A stretch of DNA of 64,000 bases from Balamuthia mandrillaris. Lineage: Eukaryota. The notes under the pieces are model-generated. The model searched no databases. It was not told the origin of the DNA and was given only the letters and a program-made list of their open reading frames with translations. The stretch is from NCBI GenBank assembly GCA_031835245.2, contig JAVKOQ020000054.1, positions 124,001-188,000 of the forward strand. The letters are read 5' to 3'. The translations under genes were made by a program, and so were the position numbers. Shown here piece after piece: positions 22,560 to 33,376 of this stretch. Numbering within the stretch: the stretch's first letter is position 1; each line of letters opens with the position of its first letter.

Positions 22560-23600
22560 ATCATGGCAGACCCAAACTCAACACTCCTCCTCAACTCCAA
22601 ACAATTGGTTCACCAACTCAACAAATGGGGAAAGGACGTGCTTGCATCTCATTCCCCACCTACCAAGTTCAAAGTTATCATTTATGATAATTTACCAACA
22701 CATGCTCCCTTGATGCTTGATTCCTTGGGAGTACACTGCCAAAGTAAGTCTTTTTTTGGTATTTTTTCCAAAGAACTCAGACTGCTGTCTGTCTAATTTT
22801 CTCTTATTCTTCCTAGACCATCATGTGGAAAGGGTTTTGTTGATAACTACCTGTTATAATCACTTGCACTTGGCCATGAATCAAATCAATGTCTATAAAC
22901 AAAAGCGACATCAGCTTTTAATTAACTTGAAGCTAGAAACAGTTCATACCATTGTGGTTTGTTGATATGGTTGGAATGGTGAGGTTTGTACCCAAAAATA
23001 AGAACGGTTTCTAGCTTCAAGTTAATCAAAAGCTGACGTTGCTTTTCATCTTTGTGGCAGTGTGGAACAAAGGCCAAACACAGTTGCAGGATGATTCTGG
23101 TTCGATTACTTCTTCTCTGTTGGCCTTGGAGACATGGCAACCAACTTCAGTGGTGATTCCAATCAAGGGACCTCAAGCTCAGGAAGGACAAAAGGCTGAT
23201 CAGGCAATCTCTTTTCTTCTCCTGTTCCTCCTTTAAATGTGTATCGTTATTTGCTGAACACATCCACAGAGCCTAAAGATGTGGTGTTGGCCTTTAATCC
23301 CATAACAGGTTGTTTGCCTGCAGTTTGTTGAGAAAGTAAGTTCATCCTTTTGTTTTTCCTTTCCTTGTTTCTTTTGGTAATGAACTAAAACATTTATAAA
23401 TTTTAGCAATGCATCATTTTGTGGCCTTGTTTCCTGGTTCTGGAGCTACAAACTTAGCAGATCATGCAAAATTATTAGCAACCACTGTGTTGGATAGAAA
23501 CAAGGTGCAAAAAGGCTTAAATGCTTGGAAGAAATGTTATACCACTCTTCTTCACCGGCCTTATCACAGAAAAAACAAAAAGTTCTGAAAGAAGATTTAG
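22560..23600 (+). pseudogene. Decayed beta-class amino-DNA-methyltransferase-like ORF (N6_N4_Mtase-like fold) followed by an acidic tail
   Basis: FKVIIYDNLP .. ETVHTIVVC .. FIFVAVWNKG .. TSVVIPI .. PPLNVYRYLLNTSTEPKDVVLAFNPITGCLPAVC*E/TMHHFVAL; GT-AG introns at about 22743-22817 and 23336-23406; stops and frameshifts. Confidence 0.45.
22901..23046. repeat. 45-bp inverted repeat with a 56-bp spacer
   Basis: 22901-22945 versus 23002-23046, 4 mismatches by manual alignment. Confidence 0.9.
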
Positions 23601-24027
23601 CACCAAAAAATGCAGATGATGAAGATGATGAAGTTCCAAAAGATAGTGATCAATCTGAAGAGGAAGATGAGGAACTTCCAAAGCTTACCCACAAAAACTA
23701 AAAAAAATCAAAAGCACAACAAAATGAAAAAGATAAAAGTAAAGAAGAAAAAGAAAAACAAGAAGAACAAGAAGAAGAAGAAGAAGAAAAAGAAAGAGAA
23801 GAAGAAGAAAAAGAAAAAGAAGAAGAAGAAGATACAGAAAGTAAAAAGAACTATATTAATAGTGATGAGGATTTTTCAGATTCTGATAGCAACACATCCT
23901 TTATGATTTTCCTTATTAACAAAATTTGGAAAAAAATTATTTTTGATTTTGGAAAAATATTTAAAAAATTATTTTTTGCCTTTTCAAATTTACAAAAGGA
24001 GATTCTCCTTTTTGTTGAAAATGAGTT

Positions 24028-25595
24028 CTATGCAATGCAGCCAAGGTGTTTAAGGGAACTATCTTAGTGCAGAAGAGGCAGCAGTGGGCATCATTGCAGA
24101 GTAGTACCATGGTATGACAAGTGTCATTCGCATGAATAGGCAGCTCTCTAAGGAATTCCTGGTGTACTGTCTCCCTTCTTGTTCAACGTGTATATTGATG
24201 TGGTGGCAAGAAAGCTATGAGTGACAGAGGAGAAGGAAAGAGGAGGTAAAGCAAGGAAGTTTGCTTGTTATTTGCAGATGATTTAGCAGTGGCCAGCGAA
24301 CCTTTTGAGCATCAAAGAAGATTGAATGTGGCAGTGGAGGCAGTGAATGGGGCTTCAGTTCAATTCAAAGAAATCAGTGGTGCTAGTGCAAGAAAAGAAG
24401 GCTCATTTTAAAGAGTGGAGACTCAAGGGAGAGGCTATGACACATGTGAAGGAGGCCAAGTACCTGGGACTGTGGTTTGAAGAAAGTGGTGAGTGCACAA
24501 GGAGAGAATCAGAATCACCAAGGCCAAGCAAGCCCTTTACAGCCTTAGGCAGCAGGGAGCCATTGCTCAAGGCCTTGGTACAAGCACTGCCCTGATTGCT
24601 GCAGAGGCTATTGTCAAGTCTACCTTGTCATATGGACTATGCATGACAGAGCTTTCCAATTCATGATGGAAGAAGATTGAAGCTATGTGGAATGAGACAG
24701 CAAGAAGCATATTGCAAGTTCATCAAAGAAATGTAGCAGGGGTTTGTAGGTAGAATTGGGCTGGTTGACCATCAAGGCCTACTGTGAGTTGGAAAGGCAA
24801 GCAATTATTTGTCATGCTGAGAGGCAGGATGATCCAAGGCGGAGTATGCAGCTGAAGGAGAAAGAGGAACAAGAGCATGGTTATGGCACAACTTTTTGAC
24901 AACATGTAGATGTTTGGTTGAACAACAGCGAAGCTTTGTGATTACCAACCCAAGGAAAGAACAATTGATGAATGCAATTCATTGCCTATTGGAAAAAAGT
25001 GAGAAGCCATTCAGCAATCTGAAGAGGATAGTAATATCCCTGATGAATGTCAGACAGCCCAATGTGTCTGTCATGCAATGCTGAGAAAGAAACAGCAGAT
25101 ACTTCCTGCTAAGATGCCCAAACCTTGGAAAGATCACTTTAGAATCTGGTGTGGATAATGGAGATGAAGAACAAGTCAAAAAGCTAATTATAGAAGACTG
25201 TACAACAAAGCTCTTATCAAGTGAACAGAAATGCAACAGAGCTCAAGAGATGGAATAATGTAAGCAAAGCTATAAATGAGTCTCGGATTGAGATAATAGG
25301 CAGCAAGGGCAAGTTGGAAGCATGGAAGTACTTCTACAATTTATCAATCTTTGGAAGTAATGTAATAATAATAAGGAAAAGAAGAGAGAAGAAAGAGAAG
25401 GACAATGAGATGAGACAAAGCTAGTCTGAAAGCTCATTCAACACCTTTCACTTGTGAACAAACAATAACAATTGGGAAGGAAATGAGGATGAGGGAGTAA
25501 CAGAAGTAAGAGTACACTATGTATGTACAATGCTTACTTTTTATGTAAAGATTGGTGTTGCTCTCAAAGGAAATAAACTTCTTATTACTATTACC
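24028..25595 (+). mobile_element. Older, degenerate non-LTR retrotransposon copy with internal deletions
   Basis: Colinear with 19514-21445 (e.g. GLQFNSKKSVVLVQ, KYLGLWFEESGE); stops and frameshifts; same 3' UTR and TTATTACTA tail. Confidence 0.9.
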
Positions 25596-27686
25596 CCTTT
25601 CTTCTTCTCTTTTGTGATTATTTCCTCTCAAGGGAAGGTGAAGCAGCTGGGGGTGTTTGCTGCTGATTAAACACTTAATTGAAAAGAAGACTTAAGAGAG
25701 TGCAGCCATCTGCTACTTCCTCCCTCCTTTTGTTCTCCTAGTGTACAACAGGTGGGGGAAATTGAACTAGAGTGAAGTGGTTCAGAAGGGCTACCATTTT
25801 GCTTTTCCTTGATGTACCTGGTTCACGTTTTGTTGGAAGAAGTTGGCAAAGTGTGAAGGTGAAATGGTGGCTTTTCTGCTTTACTTGTCATCTTTTATCA
25901 CTGTGGTAGGAAGTCTCTTGCTCTTTTCTCTCTTTCTCTCTCACTAATATAACTTGAATCACCCCAGTAGTCTCATAACTTGTATCATCTCAATGCAACT
26001 TGTGTTTCCTTTGCTTCTGCCTTTGCCTCTGCCTCTACCTCTGTCTTTCCCTTTCCCTATGCCTCTGTTTCTCCCTCTCCCTCTGCCTCTCCCTTTTCCT
26101 CTCCCTCTCCCTCTGATACAGCATTCAGCACCATCAGCTGGCTATTGTTGTGATGATCTATTTTCACTTGTACATTCCCTCTTATCCCTCTTGCCCTGCC
26201 TCCTCCCCTCCTTTCCTTTAGCAAAACCCAAGCATCAGCCCATCAACTTGCACAAGAAGCAACTTTTGTACAGGAAAGTTCTACATTTTAACATATACCA
26301 ACTTGATGTATTAGTGTAATAGTGTCCTGGGTCCTGTCACTATCATAAAGGTAAACAAAGCAAGGTACAATGGCAAATAGAGAACTATCTGGAAAGCTAT
26401 GAGCTTGAAAGGTGTAATTAGTTGCAGTCGATGAGCCATGGTTCAGAGAAGTGGTAAGTAGGCTCTCATGGTGCTGTTGGTTTGCAAGAGAGTTTGCTAT
26501 TTTCTTTCTGACTTCTTTTTTCTCTACATGCCCTTGACCCATGTCTATCTCAGGTAGAGAATGTGCTTGGAAGGTGAAACTGCTTGTGTTGCATGTGCCA
26601 TGTCTCAAAGTATTGATGGGTTTGTTTTCGTAGTGTATTGTTGGCTTGCAAGAGAGTTTGCTATTTCTGTTATATTATTTCTATAAACATTGTTTTAATT
26701 GAAGTTGGAAGCCTGTTGTTCAAAGGCCACAATGGTAGTCATTGCTATTGAAGCTTTCATTGTTCCATTCTCTGCCTGAGAGAGACATTGCAAAAGGGCA
26801 TAAATTGCTACATAGAAGACAAAAGAAAAAAGAGGAAAGGAGTGAAAGCAAAAGGCCAGAGAAAGTCCAAGAGGAAGAATCATGGGGTGGACACAGTGTG
26901 TTGTATTTTTAAGAAGCAAAAACTGCAAAAAGAAAAAGAGAAAGAAGAAAGGAGTATAATTATTACATACCTGAGGGTTCCTTGTAATTGGTAAAATACT
27001 AAAAGCTTTAAGAAGAAGAGAACGAAGTAAACCAAGGGAAATTGCATTTATGTTCACTCTTCTACAGTTAACTTCCTTTTCTTTTCTTCTGCCACAGTAC
27101 TAAAGAAATCAATGTAGATGACAAAGAAGAAAAGACACACATGTAACATTATATCTTCCTCACCTTTATCTCCTTGATGAGGTGACTATGGGCATTTATC
27201 CTAAGGAAAGGAAATTCCATTTTCTTTTTCATAGAGGATGAATAGATGGAAAAACCTCCTAGTGGGTTTTGCTGTCCTTGAATAGATAGATAGTATTGAT
27301 GGTGGCTATGGCAATGGTGATGGTGATTGTGATGGCAATAACAATGACAATGGCAACAGTGATAACAATGGCAATTATGGTGATAATGGCATAGTATTGA
27401 CAAAAGCAATAACAAGGGCAACAACAATAGCAAAGACAACGAGTTCTTGAACCTTTTTTTTAAAAATAACTTTAGTGGTAGTATATAGTCAGCGGAACAG
27501 CAACAGTAAAATGCTTTACAAACTAGTATGGCTTCAACTATGGCTATGTTGGCTATTATTAGCAAAGTGGAAGTAATTGGCAGGGTGGCAATGCTATCTT
27601 TGCCCGTGTCTTGTTCACCATGGAAACCCATATGGAGAACCCCTGTTTCTGACTATCTCTATATTTCTTTTCTTGTTTTGTACAAT

Positions 27687-29471
27687 GAGTGAAAATGGGC
27701 ATGATTGAGTGGTTAACGTCTGGCTGGATTGTTTTCGCGGAGAATAAAATCATATCCAGGTTTCCTTAATCCTCCGAACGGGATGATGACGTCAAATGTG
27801 ATATACTTTTTCTATGGAGCCAAATAAGATAATCCGAAATGTAATATTTCCGGTGGCAAACGTAACCGCTTTGCGGTTGTGCACTGTTACGCCTGTTTTT
27901 CCGCAGCGAACGAACAAAGCGAAGAGACAAAACACGCGTGTATCAACATGGCTACTGGAAGAAGACAACGTACTCGTGTTTGCCGTTTGGAGGAGCTTGC
28001 GGTTCAACGGCGACAAGAGGAAGCTCAAACCTCAGAAAGGGCAGAGCGAGAGATGGGAGAGGAAACAGATGATGATGACGATGAAGAAGAGTTCCAACGC
28101 CTCTTTCAAGACGGAAGAGTCTACCGAGCCATAATGGAAAGCGACTCTTGGGATATCTTTTTGCCACTCTCTGAGAGGGTAGTTTTGGACCTTTCAAGGG
28201 AGAGCAAACCTTATGTGTTGCGTCATCGAACCCGTGGAAGGACTCCTAAACTTTCTTGGTTGGATCATATCTTGCTGCTCCTCCTTGTCTATTGCCTGGC
28301 CTGCACTTTCGATGACCTGGCAGGACACTTTCGACTAAAACAAACCACCGTGGAAGCTGCGATAAACAGGATCCGGCCCATCCTTTTGGAAGTGCTTGAG
28401 GACAGATGGTGGCAAGGCAATCGTCGCCGACCAATCCCTTTGATGGACGAGGATGAAACGCTCTCCCAATATGCTCACATTGCCCTCCTCGTTGACTCTA
28501 CCAGTGTGGAAGTCTTTCGTCCAAACAACTCTCGGTTTGAGGAAGGCAAACACTACTTTGTTGGAAAGAATAGAATCTATGTGTTGAAGAAGGAAGTTGC
28601 GGTGATGGCCTCTCCTCCTCACTTTGCTCTGTTCTCCTTTCCTGGAGCACCTGGAGCCAACATGACTACTCCATTCTCAAAGAGCACTACTCGGCCTACA
28701 TCCCATACCTTACCAAAAGTGCCCAAGAGACTGCCATGATCCACTGTGTTGATGGTAATGAAACAAGCTGGAGTGCATTGTTTGACAAAGGTTATGTTGG
28801 CCCAGCTCAAGATACTCCTGGTTTTCGAAGAATAACTATCAAAAAACAATCTCAGGTGAGGACAGCAGCAGAACGTTTTCAAAACAGAGAGCTAGCAAAG
28901 CTTCGGGTGCCTATAGAATGCTTTTTTGGACCAATGTACAAGCTTTGGGCCTTTCTACGCAAGCCCTATCCCTATGACCACAACAAGTTTGATGCTGACA
29001 TTGATCTTCTCATCCTTCTTACCAATGAGCATTTACTTTCTGCCCATCCGTTAGCGGTTGATGAGCGCCAATATTATCGTGCTCAAATGCGAGAAAGAAA
29101 AGAAAACGCAATTGAGAGAGAAAATAAAAGAAAAGAAGCAAAAAGAAGATATTTAGAAAATACAAGAAAGCGCAGATATGAGCAGTATGAGGACTTTTAA
29201 ACTTGTTTTATGTTTGTTTTACTTCAAAACTTCAAAAACAATGAATATTTTTTTTAACTCTTTAATCCACATTCTTCTATAAACACCTTTTTTTGGGGGC
29301 AAAAACCAACTACGTCCTCTCTAGTTTTTTATCATTTACTTGACAACTATGAAGTCCTCCATGCAGGGGGTTATTTTCAATTTGAGGATAGCCTTATCCG
29401 GGAAATGATTTTATTCTCCACGAAAATAATCCGGCCAGACGTTAACCACCCAATCATGCCCATTTTCACTC
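27687..29471 (+). mobile_element. PIF/Harbinger (ISL2EU-like) DNA transposon, 1785 bp
   Basis: TIRs of about 70 bp starting gagtgaaaatgggcatgattg; 3-bp AAT direct repeats at 27684-27686 and 29472-29474. Confidence 0.9.
27948..29200 (+). pseudogene. DDE_Tnp_4-type transposase with one frameshift near 28660
   Basis: HTH TFDDLAGHFRLKQTTV; LVDST; HDYSIL in the shifted frame; FDKGY; LRVPIECFFG. Confidence 0.85.
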
Positions 29472-30303
29472 AATGTTTAATTATTAGATTTCTTGAAGTC
29501 TTGTATTAACCTTGACTTATTCATTCCTATTTATATTTTACAACAACTATAAAGTGAAGAAAAATGCAATAATGCACAAGATATAAAAAAACACCAACAA
29601 GTTATAAATAAATATTAAGATTATGAGCAGTAAAAGCAAGTTGGAAAGTTCTATTTATTCAGATAAGTAATATAAAAAAAACTAAAAAGGTAATGATGTT
29701 CCTTTCAAAGCAAAATAAACTTAGAAAAAATTATTTTTGTTGTATGAGTATTTTTGAAATGAAGATTAAATGACTATTTTTATATTTCCTTCTTTCAAGG
29801 AAATATTAAAAAAACCAAATTGTTGAAAGAAATCCAAATTCCTTTCAATAAGATTATAGTAAGCTACTTACTTATATTACTGTGGACTCTAGGGTAACTA
29901 ACCAACAAACCAAACTGCATATACATAAATTTGAAAAAATACCCTTTTGTGACTTTCTCATGATATATGGTGAATAAGCAAAAAAATATGAGTCAATTCA
30001 GGAATAGGTAGTACAGGAAAGTGGTATGACAATCAAATAGAGGGAAAAGGAAAGAAAAGGACCAACAAATCAATTGTTAGCAACCAAAGACCTTAAGAAT
30101 CGGAGTTTGCTCATTTTTCCTGCCCTTTCACTTCACATTTTCTTCTTAGAAAGAGTGGAAAAGAAAGAAAAAAACAAGAAAGTGATCTTTCTTCATAAAA
30201 AGCAATTTCATTTGGGCTTATTTGGTGGCTTGCTTAAAAGTGATCACTACAAACTTTGAATGGCTACATCACCAACTAATAACACAAATTTATTTGTGTT
30301 TTG

Positions 30304-32991
30304 TTAGTTTTCAAAAAGAAGAACATGATTTTTAAGCATCATAAGAACTAAGTGGTTGCTTGCTTGAGATTCAGCTATCATTTCAGAAGAAGTTAAACTT
30401 TCATCTGTACCAAGCAATATGGGACCAAAAATTAAAGCAAGGTTGTCAATTGGCATTTTGTTGCTCTCCGCATGAGAAGCCACAAGATCCAGGAACCCAA
30501 ATAGATAACGTGTAAGCAACCGTGTCTCTCGTGGCAAAATGGACACTAAAGACTCAATTTTCTCAAGTAAAAGGGCTGGGTCCTTTATAGATTCTGTAAA
30601 GAAAAAAAGGGTAAGATCAAAGCAAACAAAAGATCAAAAGAAACAGGAGAAAAAGAAAGACCATGCACAGCCATAAAGCAATTATACTAGTTGGAGTAAT
30701 GAAGAATAATAATGTTAGTTACTTATAAACATTATAGCAACGAGAAAGTATACCAATTCAAACGTTAATAAGGGTTCAGGAAGATCTCGAAAATATTTCT
30801 TTAACACAGCACACACACTATGCACATCGTCTGGAGAAAATTGTGGGTCTAGACCTGATTGCTAATGTGAGGGGCAAATACAAAAGAATGGAGTGAGGCC
30901 TCAATTACCTCTGTCTAGTTGAGATGCCATTAGCTCCAACTTCTTCATTTCTGCAGATATCCGAAATATACCCATTGTCTTGAGCCCTTGAGGGTAAAAG
31001 TCAGAAAGCAAAACAATTCAAAACCTTTGCAGAAGCACAGTACCGTGCTGCTTGATAAACCCTATTGCTGTTTCAACAAAAAGCGGCACGCCACATAGCA
31101 GTCGATTCTCTCTCTCTAATACTGTGCGTAATGGTACACCAAAAAGCTTCTAAATGAAGCAATTGATATTAGCAAGTTGCGGAGAGTGTATGCACAAAAT
31201 CTTGCAAAAGGAAGAAACAAAGCAAGGCACAAGAGAAATAGAACCGTTTTTGCTAGACAGTGTTGCCAGGTATGATTGATTACTTCAAACCAGTCTTCGC
31301 GTAATGATAAGTGACCAAACGAATGCTATATGGACAGCACAAATTATCTACAATAAGTTCTCAGCGAATAGAAAACAACAAGGGAAAGGAGAGTCACACA
31401 AATCCTTGGTCAATAGTCGTCACTTCCAAACGACCAGATAACAAAGAACGCTTTTTCTGAAGTGTTATTATGGTGGCAAATGGTATCTTTTGCTGTGCAG
31501 GTGTTAGATTAAATGAAAAGTAGGGCAAGAAATGGTGCACGCACCACAATCTTTTGCTCCTGGGTTGAAGAGCTATGAAAGCACAGGAAATGTCCATAAA
31601 CGTAGAGGCGGCCTTTAATATCCCACATCCTGTTCCCCTCTGATACACTTACGCTTGATTCATAGTCTAGAAGCAAATGTTGAAAAAAAAACCGTTAAGA
31701 AAAAGAATGCAGCAGATAGAATAGGAATGAGCAACCTTTTAGTAATGTTTTCAATTCCTCTTCGCTCAAGTTGAACAGGATTTGCTCTTCTACAAGTACA
31801 GTAAGTTCCTTGTCTGAGGTCTCTGGCTCTTCGTTATTATCCACATCTACTCCAGTTTTTGGGCTGGCCTTTTCTTCTGCACCTTCTACCATCCTAAACA
31901 AGAGCAGGAACAAAGTTAAGAATCGAGGTCGCATGTTGGAAGGGGAAATCAACAAGAAATGAAAGAACGAACCCTTCTCTCTCCTCTATCAAATAGCCAC
32001 GAACTCGGGAAAAGAGAGAAGGTCGAGATGCAGCGCCTGCACTTGTGTGTGCTAATGCCATGGGAGAGTTGTTTGCGGGCGGAGGAGAAGGTAGGGTCGG
32101 CGATGTCACAGAGGAAGAAGAAGAAACAGAGGAGGAAGAGGAAGAAGTTGCAGCAAAAGGCGAGGAGACGGGGGAGGAAGAGGAGGGAGAAGACTGAGAA
32201 GAGGAGGAACCCCCAAAAAATTTGGTAAATAGGCTGCCTTCGCGGGGACGCTGGGGGATGCCACTTTCTTTCTGTTTATCTAGGCCAAGCAAAAGTACCA
32301 GCACATCAACCCGCTTCACATACTCGGTGGTCTTGAGTTGTATCTCTTCCACGACACGGTCCTCCAGCTTCGAGTCTGTTTGGGGGAGCCAAGAACGACG
32401 ACGAAAATGCATTAAAAAGGTAGAGGTTAGAGAGTAGCGTGTAATAAGAATAAGAATCTTAAAAGAGTGAAACAAACCTCCAAGGCCTTCCACAAAACAA
32501 TTGATGGCAGCCCTATACTCGGTCAAGGCCGACCCTAGCTGCCCTTCTGTGTCGAGGTTATAAGCGCGTTCTGCGTGTTGCACACCTTGTTTGATCTTAG
32601 GGCTGGTAGCGGCCACTTTGGGTATAGTTGTTGGAGGACGAGGCACCTTCCCTCCTTCCATACTTACTCCAAGCACTGCTTGCAGCGGCAGCGATTGTGA
32701 GGCCTGTGACGCACCCCCTCCATCACTGGTGGCCACAACCCCACCCGGCATTGTGCTTGCTGTATTGGGCATGGATTTGACTCTAGTTGGAGCAACTGCT
32801 GGTGTTTGCTGGGGAGGAGCACCGCCTGCCACGGTTGTGGCGGCAGAAGGGGAGGCTGGAAAGGAAGCCGACGCTGGGGGTTGCGGCTGGACCTGGCCGC
32901 TTTGGGGTTGTAGCGAAGGTGCACGCGGAAGCGGTTTGGTTCCACGACGAACAGGGGGCAGCCCTTCTCCTCCTCCGGACCCCTCCATCAT
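30304..32991 (-). CDS. RhoGAP with N-terminal Pro-rich region, MIT-like domain and probable PH domain
   Basis: MIT-like KQGVQHAERAYNLDTEGQLGSALTEYRAAINCF..KTTEYVKRV; GAP motifs LFGVPL, GIFRIS, LKKYFRDLPEPLL, NKMPIDNLALIFGPILL. Confidence 0.85.
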
Positions 32992-33177
32992 TTGTTTTTG
33001 GAGTTACACAGCAGCAGTCCAGGTGGTTTGGCGGCGGGGAAAGAGGCAGCGGCACCTACAGCACGAATAGGGGAGGAGGAACGCGAGGGGGAGGAGGAAG
33101 GAGGCACAGCGTTGAAGCGGTAATATAAGGCAGAAGAGGAGGAGGGGCGGCGTTTCCCTTTTGCTTTTTTTTTTGTC

Positions 33178-33249
<72 letters not shown>

Positions 33250-33376
33250 TCTCTCCCTGCTCTCCTCTCTGCTCTCCTCTCTTGCTTGGCGGAGGAGCAG
33301 CGGCCTGATTGAGAGAAAAAAAAGGCGGCTGCTGCTCAAAGCGAACAGAGGAGGCCGGGCAGGAGTGGCACTCACC

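Larger units (their letters stand above)
21458..24027 (+). mobile_element. 2570-bp TIR DNA element with a 4-bp TSD (CTAT) carrying a decayed intron-containing gene
   Basis: Ends aacacaatactaacaaaaaggggaatctccttttg / caaaaggagattctcctttttgttgaaaatgagtt; CTAT at 21454-21457 and 24028-24031; removing it restores the LINE sequence tactctcctatgcaatgcagccaagg seen at 19508. Confidence 0.85.

Noticed and set aside
23610..23906. Poly-Lys ORF
   Set aside because: An off-frame reading of a GAA-rich acidic tail of the decayed cargo gene.
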